From contig CBDCVK010000008.1 in assembly GCA_965223005.1 (NCBI GenBank), positions 128,001 to 192,000 on the forward strand: a stretch of DNA of 64,000 nt. The letters run 5' to 3'. This document shows, in pieces, positions 10,173 through 20,087 of the stretch. The translations under genes and the position numbers were made by a program. The DNA is from Terriglobia bacterium. Lineage in GTDB: Bacteria; Acidobacteriota; Terriglobia; JAJPHL01; JAPKYU01. How positions within the stretch are numbered: position 1 is the stretch's first letter; every line of letters begins with the position of its first letter. The notes beneath the pieces are model-generated. The model was not told where the DNA came from, made no database searches, and saw only the letters and a program-made list of their open reading frames with translations.

Positions 10173-12761
10173 ATGGTCAACAAAGTGTTGAGTGAAAAGA
10201 AAATGCCATGCATGGCTCTATTGGTTGCTGTCGTGCTAGGTCTGTCGAGCTCTGCACAGGCCGGGCCGGCCTCTCCCAAGCTGCAGTCCTTACGATTGGT
10301 CCCACAAGAGCGAACGCTGTGGGGCGCGAAGGCATCCCAGCATTTCCTGGTCATTGGGAAATACAGCGATGGTCTGGAGCGAGACGTTACCGCCGAGAGC
10401 CAGTTCTCGCTCTCGCATGACAAGGTGGCGCAGGTGGATGGCGAGGGGCGGGTGGTGGCGCTGGCCGACGGAAGCGCGGTCTTGACAGCATCGTTGGGCG
10501 GGCGGTCGGCCAAGACCGAGGTGCAGGTAGCGGGCTCGCAGGAAACCCGCCCGTTCAGTTTCGGCCGGGATATTGGAGGCATCTTCACCAAGCGCGGCTG
10601 CACTGACAGCTCCTGTCATGGGGGCGTGAAGGGGCAGGGCGGATTCAAACTCTCTCTGAACGCGGTGTATCCGCGCGATGACTACAAGTGGATTGTCGAG
10701 GGCGGAACCTACCAGGTTCTGACGACGGAGACGGGTGAAAAGATTCCGCGGATCAACCTGAGGGAGCCCGAGAAGAGCCTGCTGTTGACGAAACCGACGA
10801 TGGCGGTTCCGCACGGAGGCGGGCAGCCGTTGCGTCCGAGCTCGGCCGACTACGAAACGATCCTGAACTGGGTGCGGAGTGGCGCGCCGTTCGGCGAGGA
10901 AGGCGACAAGGAGAGCGTGCGCGTGGTGCGGGTCGAGATAGAGCCCGGCGAAGTGGTGCTGGCGCCGGAGGGCAAGCACCGGCTGCTGGTAACCGCTCAC
11001 CTCTCGAATGGCCAACAGGAGGACATCAGCGACCAGGTTTTGTACGCCTCGAACAACTCCGAGGTAGTGAAGGTGGATGAGCAGGGCCAGGTGGCTGCCG
11101 TGCGGACCGGGGAAACTTCGGTGATTGTTCGCGCGTCGGGGTTTGCGGTGAGCGCCCGGGTCGGCGTGGTGGCCAAGCCCATCGCCCGGTATCCGAAAGT
11201 GGCGCGCTCGAACTTCATCGACGACCATGTGTTCGCCAAGCTGAAGAAGTTCAATATCATCCCTTCCAAGCTTTCCAGTGACACCGAATTCCTGCGTCGC
11301 GTTTGCCTGGACCTGACCGGGACCTTGCCGCCGCCTGCGCGGGTGCGCGAGTTTGCGGCCAGCAAGGATCGGCGGAAGCGGGAGAAGGTGGTGGAAGTTC
11401 TGTTGAACACGCCGGAATTCATCGACTACTGGACGTTCCGTTTCGCCGATCTGTACCGGGTCGCGTTTTACGCAAATGGAAATAACGCCAGGTGGGCGGA
11501 GACGTACAGGGAGTGGCTGCGAAACAACGTGGTCACAAACAAGCCCTATGATCAGGTGGCACGGGAGAGGCTGACCGCCATAGGCTACAGCCCCGCCTCC
11601 CGCCACTTCCTGAATAACGCGGACGTCGGACATCCCGAAACCCAAATGGCCGAAGAGTTCCGAGTCCTTATGGGGAGGCGGTTCGATTGCGCCCAGTGCC
11701 ACAATCACCCCTTTGAGGCCTGGAGCCAGGACCAGTTCTGGGGGCTAACTGCTTTCTTCGGGCGTAAGGACCTGGTAGGAGGCAGAGGAGAAGAGTACGG
11801 CACTGTCATTTATGAGAGCCCCGAAGGCCAGGATGTGGCGATTGGCAGGGAGAAGAAGGTTCTACATCCCAAGACCAAGCAGGAGGTCATGCCAACCTTC
11901 CTCGATGGCACAGTTTTGCCCGAAGAGGACCAGGTGGACCCGCGACTGAAGCTGGCGGAATGGATGGTTTCCCACCCCTACTTCGCCGAGGCTACCGTGA
12001 ACCGGTTCTGGGGTTATTTCTTCGGAAGAGGAATTGTGGATCCGGTGGATGATTTCCGCTCGACCAACCCGGCGACGCATCCGGAGCTGCTTCAGGCGCT
12101 GGCCAAGGACTTCCGAGATCATGGCTATGACCTGAGACATCTGATGCGCACGGTCGTCAACTCCCGGACCTACCAGCTTTCCAGCCAGCCGAACGAGACC
12201 AACAAGGACGACCACATCAACTATTCCCACACTCTACCGCGGCTGCTGGATGCGGAAGTGCTGATCGACGTGATCTCCTACGTGACAGGCGTGCCGGAGG
12301 TGTTCGAGCAGAGTCACGACAAGCCGGGCACTCTGGAGATCGGGACACGGGCGATCAATGTGAAGGTACCCGATATATTTGTATCCCGAGTTTTGAGCAT
12401 CTATGGCCAGCCCATGGTTCGGACTATAGTGCCGGAGCGGACAGGCGAGACAAGTTTGGGACAGGCGCTGCACATGCTGGCCGGCTATACTTTCAACGAC
12501 AAGATCGCGAAGCCGGGAGCCCGGCTGGAGCAGATGCTGCAGGAGAAGTTCTTGGCAGAAGTCGAGGGCAAGCTTGAAAGCGAGGCTTCCAACGCGAAGC
12601 TCATCGAGGAGCTTTACCTTTTGGCACTTTCGCGGTTTCCAACGCAGCAGGAGCGCTCAACGCTGGAAAAGATGGTTTCCGAGCACCCCTCGCGCAGAGA
12701 GGCATTTCAAAATCTGCTCTGGGGACTGCTGACGTCGCGAGAGTTCTCAGAGAATCACTGA
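10173..12761 (+). CDS. DUF1549/DUF1553 protein with Ig-like (Big_2) domains
   Basis: GCTDSSCHGGVKGQGGFKLSL; Ig-like segments; NFIDDHVFAKL; FLRRVCLDLTGTLP; CAQCHNHPF; GRGIVDPVDDFRSTNPATHPELL. Confidence 0.9.
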   Translation: MVNKVLSEKKMPCMALLVAVVLGLSSSAQAGPASPKLQSLRLVPQERTLWGAKASQHFLVIGKYSDGLERDVTAESQFSLSHDKVAQVDGEGRVVALADGSAVLTASLGGRSAKTEVQVAGSQETRPFSFGRDIGGIFTKRGCTDSSCHGGVKGQGGFKLSLNAVYPRDDYKWIVEGGTYQVLTTETGEKIPRINLREPEKSLLLTKPTMAVPHGGGQPLRPSSADYETILNWVRSGAPFGEEGDKESVRVVRVEIEPGEVVLAPEGKHRLLVTAHLSNGQQEDISDQVLYASNNSEVVKVDEQGQVAAVRTGETSVIVRASGFAVSARVGVVAKPIARYPKVARSNFIDDHVFAKLKKFNIIPSKLSSDTEFLRRVCLDLTGTLPPPARVREFAASKDRRKREKVVEVLLNTPEFIDYWTFRFADLYRVAFYANGNNARWAETYREWLRNNVVTNKPYDQVARERLTAIGYSPASRHFLNNADVGHPETQMAEEFRVLMGRRFDCAQCHNHPFEAWSQDQFWGLTAFFGRKDLVGGRGEEYGTVIYESPEGQDVAIGREKKVLHPKTKQEVMPTFLDGTVLPEEDQVDPRLKLAEWMVSHPYFAEATVNRFWGYFFGRGIVDPVDDFRSTNPATHPELLQALAKDFRDHGYDLRHLMRTVVNSRTYQLSSQPNETNKDDHINYSHTLPRLLDAEVLIDVISYVTGVPEVFEQSHDKPGTLEIGTRAINVKVPDIFVSRVLSIYGQPMVRTIVPERTGETSLGQALHMLAGYTFNDKIAKPGARLEQMLQEKFLAEVEGKLESEASNAKLIEELYLLALSRFPTQQERSTLEKMVSEHPSRREAFQNLLWGLLTSREFSENH

Positions 12762-12779
12762 AGCGAAGGGAAAAGAACA

Positions 12780-14129
12780 ATGAGAACGGACAAGACTGGA
12801 TGCGCACACTCTGCAGGACCTGATTTGGGACGGCGGTACTTCCTCCGCGCCGGCTCACTGGGTCTGTTGGGTATCAGTCTGCGACAATTCTTCGAGCTGG
12901 AGAGCCAGCTAGCAGCTGCCGAAGTCAGCGAGGCTCGCAGAAAAGCGAAGGCAAAGGCCTGTATCCTGCTTTGGCTGGAAGGAGGGCCCAGTCAGTTTGA
13001 TACCTGGGACCCGAAGCCGGAAAGCGCTTTCAAGCCAATTCCTACCAACGTCGCGGGTATCCAGATCTCCGAGTTGCTACCTCGAGTGGCCAAGCACATG
13101 GACAAGCTGGGAATCATCCGTTCCATGCACACAGAGGAAACCAACCATTCGCAGGCAATTCACTACGCGGTAACCGGTCACCGGCCCAGTTCGGCTATGC
13201 GCTTTCCCAGCCTGGGGTCTATCGTTGCCAGGGAAATGGGAACCCGAAACAACGTTCCTCCATACGTCTTTGAACCCGAGCTGGGGAGAGAGCCGCAGAT
13301 CATGGGGTACATGAAGGCCAGCTTCGCAGGGGCCGAGTATGACCCGATGGTCCTGGGTGACCCCAGCGCGAAAGACTTCGAGGTGCCGGACCTGAGCCTG
13401 CCGAAGTCGATCTCGACGGAACGGATCGCGGACCGGCGGTCTTTCCTCAAGGTGGTGGACGATCTTTACCGGCGGAGGGTGGAGAGCGCCGAACACGCGA
13501 GCCTGGACAGCTTCACGGAGCAAGCCTTGAAAATGTTGCTGACTCCGTCAGTGAAAGAAGCGTTTGATCTCTCGAAAGAGTCGGATAAGACCAAAGAGGC
13601 TTATGGCAGCCACCGCTTCGGTCAGAGCGTGCTGCTCGCCCGGCGGTTGGTGGAAGCCGGCAGCCGCTTTGTGACGGCAGCCGGCTACAAACACATCGCA
13701 TGGGACACCCACGGGGATAACGACAGGAGGCTCCGTGAGGACCTCACGCCTCCCTTCGATCAGGCCATTTCCGCGCTGTTGGAAGATCTCGAACAGCGGG
13801 GGTTGCTGGAGTCTACCATTGTCATCGCCATGGGTGAGTTTGGGCGGACTCTGAAAAATCCGAATCATGGCCGCGACCACTGGCCAAAATGCTGGTCGCT
13901 GGCCATTGGCGGCGGGGGTATCCGCGGTGGTCAGGTGGTAGGTGCCAGCGACGCCAAAGGACTCTATGTTGCTGACCGACAGGTCACCATGGGGGATCTT
14001 TACGCTACAATTTACAAGGCGTTTGGGATCGATTGGGAAAAGACGTACATGAGCCCGATCGGGCGGCCGGTCAAGATCGCCAACTCCATTGACGATGCAA
14101 CCGGCATACCCGTCCACGAACTGGTCTAG
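12780..14129 (+). CDS. DUF1501 domain protein, Tat-type signal
   Basis: GRRYFLRAG; AKACILLWLEGGPSQFDTWDPKP; WDTH; MGEFGRT; GRDHWP. Confidence 0.92.
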   Translation: MRTDKTGCAHSAGPDLGRRYFLRAGSLGLLGISLRQFFELESQLAAAEVSEARRKAKAKACILLWLEGGPSQFDTWDPKPESAFKPIPTNVAGIQISELLPRVAKHMDKLGIIRSMHTEETNHSQAIHYAVTGHRPSSAMRFPSLGSIVAREMGTRNNVPPYVFEPELGREPQIMGYMKASFAGAEYDPMVLGDPSAKDFEVPDLSLPKSISTERIADRRSFLKVVDDLYRRRVESAEHASLDSFTEQALKMLLTPSVKEAFDLSKESDKTKEAYGSHRFGQSVLLARRLVEAGSRFVTAAGYKHIAWDTHGDNDRRLREDLTPPFDQAISALLEDLEQRGLLESTIVIAMGEFGRTLKNPNHGRDHWPKCWSLAIGGGGIRGGQVVGASDAKGLYVADRQVTMGDLYATIYKAFGIDWEKTYMSPIGRPVKIANSIDDATGIPVHELV

Positions 14130-14257
14130 CTCCCGGCGGCCTTTTCCCCGAGAAGGATGTGGGGAAGTTGGTGGCTTAAGAGTGCAATCTAACGTCAACA
14201 GAACATTGGCAGCGGGCATGGCGTGAAACGAACAAACCGCTGACAGGAGGAGACACT

Positions 14258-15451
14258 ATGGCATCAAACCGCGGCGTAGCATATATGGGGCCGAGGAAGG
14301 TGGAAGTACAATCCATCGATTATCCGAAGCTCGAGCTTGGCTCGAGGAAATGCGAGCACGGAGTGATTCTCAAGATCGTTGCCACCAACATCTGCGGCAG
14401 CGATCAACACATGGTGCGGGGCCGTACGACTGCGCCGGCCGGGTTGATTCTTGGGCATGAGATCACCGGCGAGGTCATCGAGGCGGGCCGCGATGTGGAA
14501 TTCATCAAAGTTGGCGACCTCGTGTCTGTTCCCTTCAATATTGCCTGCGGCCGCTGCCGGAACTGCAAGGAGGGGAAGACGGGGATCTGCCTGAACGTGA
14601 ACCCCGCCCGGCCGGGCGCTGCTTACGGGTACGTGGACATGGGCGGTTGGGTCGGCGGGCAGGCCGAGTATGTGCTGGTTCCTTATGCTGATTTCAACCT
14701 GCTGAAGTTTCCCAATAAAGATCAAGCGATGGCCAAGATCGCGGACCTGGCGCTGTTGTCCGATATTTTCCCTACCGGCTACCACGGGGCGGTGACCGCT
14801 GGCGTGACGACGGGAACCATTGTGTACGTGGCCGGCGCAGGTCCGGTTGGCCTGGCCTGTGCCGCTTCCTGTCACCTGTTGGGCGCTGCCTGCGTCATTG
14901 TTGGCGACATGATCCCGGAACGCCTGGCGCAGGCTCGCAGCTTCGGCTGCGAAACCGTGGACCTGAAGAAGGACGCCTCGCTTGCCGACCAGATTGACCA
15001 GATTGTCGGAGTTCCCGAAGTCGACAGTGCCGTCGATTGCGTGGGTTTCGAAGCCCGCGGGCATGGCAAGGAAAGTGGTGTCGAGCAACCTGCCACCGTT
15101 TTGAATTCGCTGATGGAAGTCACTCGGGCTGGCGGGGCACTTGGCATCCCTGGTTTGTATGTCACCGGTGACCCAGGCGGCGTGGACGAAGCCGCCAAAA
15201 TTGGCCGGCTCGGCATTCGCATCGGGCTGGGGTGGGCCAAATCCCATTTCTTTACGACTGGCCAGTGCCCGGTGATGCGGTACCACCGCGGGCTGATGCA
15301 GGCGATTCTCTACGACAAGATTCAGATCGCCAAGGCGGTGAACGTCACCGTGATCTCGCTCGACGAATCCCCGAAGGGGTACGAGGACTTCGACAAGGGT
15401 GCGGCCAAGAAGTTCATCCTCGATCCCCACAAGATTGTTCGAGCCGCCTGA
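14258..15451 (+). CDS. fdhA: Glutathione-independent formaldehyde dehydrogenase (Zn-dependent MDR family)
   Basis: MASNRGVAYMGP start; TNICGSDQHMVRGRT; GHEITGEV; CGRCRNC; LSDIFPTGYHG; GLGWAKSH; strong RBS GGGAGGAG. Confidence 0.95.
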   Translation: MASNRGVAYMGPRKVEVQSIDYPKLELGSRKCEHGVILKIVATNICGSDQHMVRGRTTAPAGLILGHEITGEVIEAGRDVEFIKVGDLVSVPFNIACGRCRNCKEGKTGICLNVNPARPGAAYGYVDMGGWVGGQAEYVLVPYADFNLLKFPNKDQAMAKIADLALLSDIFPTGYHGAVTAGVTTGTIVYVAGAGPVGLACAASCHLLGAACVIVGDMIPERLAQARSFGCETVDLKKDASLADQIDQIVGVPEVDSAVDCVGFEARGHGKESGVEQPATVLNSLMEVTRAGGALGIPGLYVTGDPGGVDEAAKIGRLGIRIGLGWAKSHFFTTGQCPVMRYHRGLMQAILYDKIQIAKAVNVTVISLDESPKGYEDFDKGAAKKFILDPHKIVRAA

Positions 15452-15560
15452 GAAACGGTCTTGGTGGGACTGCAGATCCGGAGGCTGACAAAACGCGCTG
15501 GGTTATCGGAAAGGTCGGCTGACTCCGGCCGCCTCCCCCTTCCAGGGGAGGGGTGAAGCC

Positions 15561-17009
15561 ATGAACTTTGAAGATTTCAAGCAGCTTCAGACCCGGCGCA
15601 GTTTCTTCCGGGACTGTGCAGGTGGGGTGGGCACGATCGCTCTCTGGCACTTGCTGGCCCGCGAAGGGAGGGCAGGAAGCGCTGAGGAAGCGTCACCGAA
15701 TGTCAATCCTCTGGCCCTGAGGGCGCCCCATTTTCCGGCAAGGGCCAAGAACGTCATCTTCCTGTTCATGGACGGCGGGCCGAGTCAAGTCGATCTGTTT
15801 GACCCCAAGCCAGAGATGAAGAAATGGGAAGGGCAATCTCTCCCACCTTCTATGACCAAGGATTTGAAATTGGCCTTTATCAAACCGACGGCCAAGGTTT
15901 GGGCGAGCCCGCGCTCATTCCGGCGCTACGGGCAAAGCGGCATTGAGTTTTCTGATTGGCTGCCGCACATTGCGAGCCGTGCCGACGACATCTGTATGAT
16001 CCGGTCGCTGTACACGGAGCAGTTCAACCACCACCCGGCCCAGATAATGCTGCAGTGCGGGTCACCATTAGTGGGGCGCCCCACGCTGGGCGCGTGGGCC
16101 CTCTACGGGCTGGGGAGCGAGTCGGAGAGCCTGCCGGGTTTTGTCGTGCTCCGCTCTGGAGGCACCTCTCCGGGGGCAGGCAGCGGGAACTGGTCCAGCG
16201 GATTTCTCCCGTCCACGAATCAAGGTGTCCCTTTCCGGAGCAGTGGTGACCCGGTCCTGTACCTGTCCAATCCACGGGGCATCGATCAGGAGCTGCAACG
16301 ATCCACCCTCGACGGGCTCCGCGACCTGAACGAGATGAACCGCCTGGAAACCGGGGACATGGAAATCGCCTCGCGCATCGCCTCCTACGAGCTGGCGTTT
16401 CGGATGCAGATGGCCGGTCCGGAGCTGGTGGATCTGTCGAAGGAATCACCTGATACCTTGGAGATGTACGGCGTGAACAAAGAATCAACCAAGGCCTTCG
16501 GCACCAACTGTCTGCTGGCCCGAAGGATGGTCGAGCGCGGCGTGCGCTTTGTGCAGTTGATGCACGGAAATTGGGACCACCATACCGGCCTCCTTAAAAA
16601 ACTCGAGAAGAACTGCGAGACCGTCGACCAGCCTGCCGCCGCGTTGCTGAAGGACCTGAAGCAGCGCGGCCTGCTCGACTCCACGCTGGTCATTTGGGGA
16701 GGGGAGTTTGGGCGCACTCCTATGGTGCAGCGCAACGACCCGGACAAGGGTGGCGAGGGGAGAGACCACCACCCGTTTGCCTTCTGCATCTGGATGGCCG
16801 GGGGAGGCATCAAGAACGGGCAGGTCGTCGGGCAAACGGACGACTTGGGCTTGCGGATTGTAGAGGACAAGATTCACATCCACGACCTGCATGCCACTAT
16901 CCTGCACTGTCTGGGTCTGGATCACGAGCGATTGACGTTCCGGCACATGGGGCGGGATTTTCGGCTCACCGATGTCGCCGGCGAAGTGGTCCACAAGCTG
17001 TTGGCATAG
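15561..17009 (+). CDS. DUF1501 domain protein, Tat-type signal
   Basis: TRRSFF; AKNVIFLFMDGGPSQVDLFDPKP; WDHH; WGGEFGRTP; GRDHHP; RLTDVAG. Confidence 0.92.
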   Translation: MNFEDFKQLQTRRSFFRDCAGGVGTIALWHLLAREGRAGSAEEASPNVNPLALRAPHFPARAKNVIFLFMDGGPSQVDLFDPKPEMKKWEGQSLPPSMTKDLKLAFIKPTAKVWASPRSFRRYGQSGIEFSDWLPHIASRADDICMIRSLYTEQFNHHPAQIMLQCGSPLVGRPTLGAWALYGLGSESESLPGFVVLRSGGTSPGAGSGNWSSGFLPSTNQGVPFRSSGDPVLYLSNPRGIDQELQRSTLDGLRDLNEMNRLETGDMEIASRIASYELAFRMQMAGPELVDLSKESPDTLEMYGVNKESTKAFGTNCLLARRMVERGVRFVQLMHGNWDHHTGLLKKLEKNCETVDQPAAALLKDLKQRGLLDSTLVIWGGEFGRTPMVQRNDPDKGGEGRDHHPFAFCIWMAGGGIKNGQVVGQTDDLGLRIVEDKIHIHDLHATILHCLGLDHERLTFRHMGRDFRLTDVAGEVVHKLLA

Positions 17010-17042
17010 CAGACCGCACCTCTGCTTCCGCAGTTCATTCCC

Positions 17043-18254
17043 ATGTTCAAGCTGGTCTTTTGCATCTTCCCGATGCAGCGTATCGCCACGGTACTTTTTC
17101 TGCTCCCGCTCATTTCTCCAGTTGCGCCGCTCAGCGCGAAAACCGCAGTGAGCGTCGCGAAACTGAGGGATGCCACCGCCCGCCAGGAGGAACGTTTCCG
17201 AACGGCGTTCCAGGTCATGGAGAAAGCCGTCGCTACCGGGGCGTTTCCCGGCGCTGTACTTGCAGTAGGCTACCAAGGCGAGCTGGTGGCGTTGAAAGCT
17301 TTCGGAAAATTCGACTACTCGCGGGAATCCCCTGCGGTTGCCACCGATACCATCTATGACCTGGCCTCGATTTCCAAAGTGGTAGGGACCACGACCGCCG
17401 CCGCCCTGCTCTACCAGCAAGGCAAGCTCCGGTTGGAGGCTCCGCTGGTGCGCTACTTGCCGGGGTTCGGTGGCGTTGCGGGCCATGACCGGATCACGGT
17501 GCGGCAATTGCTGACTCACACATCCGGGCTGCCCGCCTACGAGAGGCTGTTTCGCAAAGCCCGTGACAAGCAAGCCCTGTTGAAACGGATTTACGCCATG
17601 CCACTGGCCACCCTGCCCGGCGAGAAGTTTGTCTACAGCGATTTCGGCATGATTCTGCTGGGGGAAATCATCGAACGGGTCGCCGGCCAGCCCCTGGACC
17701 AATTCGTGCGGAGGCGAGTGTTTGAACCGTTAGGTATGAAGGACACCCTTTACCAACCCCCCAAGTGCCTGCGGGTGCGCATTGCCCCAACCGAACAGGA
17801 CGATGGGTTCCGGAAGCGGCCGATCCGGGGTGAAGTGCACGACGAGCATGCCTGGGTGATGGGTGGAGTGGCCGGCCACGCCGGGTTGTTCTCCACAGCG
17901 CGCGACCTGGCGGTCTTCGCCCAGATGATGCTGAACGGCGGCGCCTACGACGGTCGCCATATCCTGCAGCGCCGCACGGTCGAGAAGTTCACCGCCCGCC
18001 CGGCCGCCCGCGCCGGCAGCACGCGGGCGCTGGGTTGGGACACGCCTTCGCTCAAAGGTTCCTCGGCCGGCGCGCACTTCTCCCCGCGCTCGTTCGGCCA
18101 TACGGGCTTCACTGGCACGTCGATCTGGGTGGACCCGGAAAGGCAGCTGTTCGTGATATTGCTGAGCAACCGTGTCCACCCTACGCGCGAGAACATACAG
18201 ATCCGCAAGGTGCGTCCGGCGGTACACAACGCTGTGGTAGAGGCACTGCGGTGA
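17043..18254 (+). CDS. Serine hydrolase, beta-lactamase class C/PBP-like family (alternative start 17073)
   Basis: SxxK in LASISKV; LLTHTSGL; YSD; GEVHDE; GHAGLFS; FGHTGFTG; signal peptide. Confidence 0.9.
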   Translation: MFKLVFCIFPMQRIATVLFLLPLISPVAPLSAKTAVSVAKLRDATARQEERFRTAFQVMEKAVATGAFPGAVLAVGYQGELVALKAFGKFDYSRESPAVATDTIYDLASISKVVGTTTAAALLYQQGKLRLEAPLVRYLPGFGGVAGHDRITVRQLLTHTSGLPAYERLFRKARDKQALLKRIYAMPLATLPGEKFVYSDFGMILLGEIIERVAGQPLDQFVRRRVFEPLGMKDTLYQPPKCLRVRIAPTEQDDGFRKRPIRGEVHDEHAWVMGGVAGHAGLFSTARDLAVFAQMMLNGGAYDGRHILQRRTVEKFTARPAARAGSTRALGWDTPSLKGSSAGAHFSPRSFGHTGFTGTSIWVDPERQLFVILLSNRVHPTRENIQIRKVRPAVHNAVVEALR

Positions 18255-20050
18255 TTCTGACCTGGGTGGACTGGACCGTCATCGGCGCCTACTTCTTATT
18301 TACCCTCCTCATCGGGCTCTACTACCGCAAGCGGGCCGGCTCCAGCACCGGCGAGTTTTTCCTCTCCGGCCGGAACGTGCCCTGGTGGCTCGCGGGTACG
18401 GCCATGGTGGCGACCACCTTTGCCGCCGACACGCCGCTGGCCGTCACCGGCATGACGGTGCGCAACGGCATCGCCGGCAACTGGCTGTGGTGGTGCTACC
18501 TGCTGAGCGGGATGATGACCGTGTTCTTCTTTGCCCGGCTCTGGAGGCGCGCCGAGGTGGTCACCGACATCGAGCTGGTGGAGCTTCGCTACAGCGGCCG
18601 GCCAGCGGCCCTGCTGCGCGGCTTTCGCGCCATCTACCTGGGCGTGCTGATGAACGCGATCATCATGGGCTGGGTGAACTTGGCGATGGTCAAAATACTG
18701 ACGCTCACCCTGGGCCTCGAGAAGTGGCACGCCGTCCTGTTCTGCTTGCTGTTCACCGGCATCTACACCACCATCGCGGGACTGTGGGGGGTGCTGGTGA
18801 CCGACTTCTTCCAGTTCGCCCTGATGATGGGCATGACCATTACCCTGGCGTTCTACGCGGTGGACGCGGTGGGCGGCATGGCGGCGATGAAGATGAAGCT
18901 GGCGGCGCTGGATGCGGCCCGGGCCGCGGCCGGCGGCGGTCAGGGGTCCATCCTCTCGTTCCTTCCAGAGCTGGATTCCGTCTGGATGCCCGTGCTCGCC
19001 TTCTTCGTTTACGTGGGAGTGAACTGGTGGGCGAGCTGGTATCCCGGTGCCGAGCCGGGCGGCGGCGGCTACGTGGCTCAGCGCATCTTCTGCGCCAAAG
19101 ACGAGCGGCATTCCCTTTTGGCTACACTCTGGTTCAATATCGCCCACTACGCCCTGCGTCCCTGGCCCTGGATTGTGGTGGCGCTGGCCGCGGCCATCCT
19201 TTATCCCAATCTGGAGGACCCGGAAACCGGCTATGTCCGCGTGCTAATAGATTACTTACCGGCCAGCCTGCGCGGCGCCATGCTGGCCGCCTTCCTTGCC
19301 GCCTACATGTCCACCATCGCCACGCACCTGAACTGGGGCTCCTCCTATCTGGTTAATGACCTGTACCGGAGATTTCTGGCCGCCGGGCGCAGCGAAGGCC
19401 ATTACGTGCTGGCTTCGCGCCTCTTCACCGTGCTGCTGATGGTCATCTCAGGCGTGGTGACCTTTTTTCTGACTTCGATTCAGGGAGCCTGGCAGTTGCT
19501 GATCACCACTGGGGCCGGCACCGGCACCGTGTATCTGCTGCGTTGGTATTGGTGGCGCATCAACGCCTGGAGCGAGATTTCGGCCATGGCGGGGGCTTTC
19601 CTCACTTCGCTAGTCGTGCACACCGCTGTCAGCTTCGCCGGTAGCGATGCACTGGTGTTCGCCAAGCGAACGCTGGTCACCGTGGCGGTTACCACCGTGG
19701 TCTGGCTAGCGGCAACCTACCTGACGGCGCCGGAGCCCGAGGGTGTGCTCCTCAACTTCTACCGCCGCGTCCGCCCCAACTACACCTTCTGGAAGCCCAT
19801 CGCCCGCCTGGCTCCGGAGGTTCCGCCGGTGCGCGACGGCTGGTACAACTTCCTGGATTGGGTGGCCGGCTGCCTGTTGGTGTATCTTGCCCTGTTTGGC
19901 ATCGGCAAAATCATCCTGGGGCTCTTCTTTGAAGGACTCCTGTTTCTGGCGCTGGGGGCTGCCGCGGGCGCCTACCTCTACTGGGACTTTTCCCGCCGCG
20001 GGTGGGCTACACTGGCCGGCGAGTACGGCAAGACCCCCGCGATCGACTAG
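18251..20050 (+). CDS. Sodium:solute symporter family protein, candidate MurNAc/amino-sugar importer
   Basis: GTG start overlaps the upstream stop (GTGA); many TM helices; FFLSGRNVPWW, MVATTFAADTPLAV, GAEPGGGGYVAQR, AAYMST. Confidence 0.9.
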   Translation: MILTWVDWTVIGAYFLFTLLIGLYYRKRAGSSTGEFFLSGRNVPWWLAGTAMVATTFAADTPLAVTGMTVRNGIAGNWLWWCYLLSGMMTVFFFARLWRRAEVVTDIELVELRYSGRPAALLRGFRAIYLGVLMNAIIMGWVNLAMVKILTLTLGLEKWHAVLFCLLFTGIYTTIAGLWGVLVTDFFQFALMMGMTITLAFYAVDAVGGMAAMKMKLAALDAARAAAGGGQGSILSFLPELDSVWMPVLAFFVYVGVNWWASWYPGAEPGGGGYVAQRIFCAKDERHSLLATLWFNIAHYALRPWPWIVVALAAAILYPNLEDPETGYVRVLIDYLPASLRGAMLAAFLAAYMSTIATHLNWGSSYLVNDLYRRFLAAGRSEGHYVLASRLFTVLLMVISGVVTFFLTSIQGAWQLLITTGAGTGTVYLLRWYWWRINAWSEISAMAGAFLTSLVVHTAVSFAGSDALVFAKRTLVTVAVTTVVWLAATYLTAPEPEGVLLNFYRRVRPNYTFWKPIARLAPEVPPVRDGWYNFLDWVAGCLLVYLALFGIGKIILGLFFEGLLFLALGAAAGAYLYWDFSRRGWATLAGEYGKTPAID

Positions 20051-20087
20051 TGGGGGGGCATTGCACCACCGAAAGGCGAGTGCGGCG

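Noticed and set aside
14264-15430. Long antisense ORFs (also 3322-4530, 10290-11708, 22442-23764, 36581-37987, 47766-49142)
   Set aside because: Shadow frames of well-supported genes in high-GC DNA; no recognisable motifs.
18035-18250. Track N-terminal extensions of the symporter (likewise murQ, uvrB, rimO, the methyltransferase, the phosphatase and the caspase)
   Set aside because: They overlap neighbouring genes or lack an RBS; family motifs start at the downstream starts used here.
17043-18254. Beta-lactam resistance gene
   Set aside because: Motifs and the murQ/nagA context fit a cell-wall-recycling serine hydrolase; resistance cannot be inferred.
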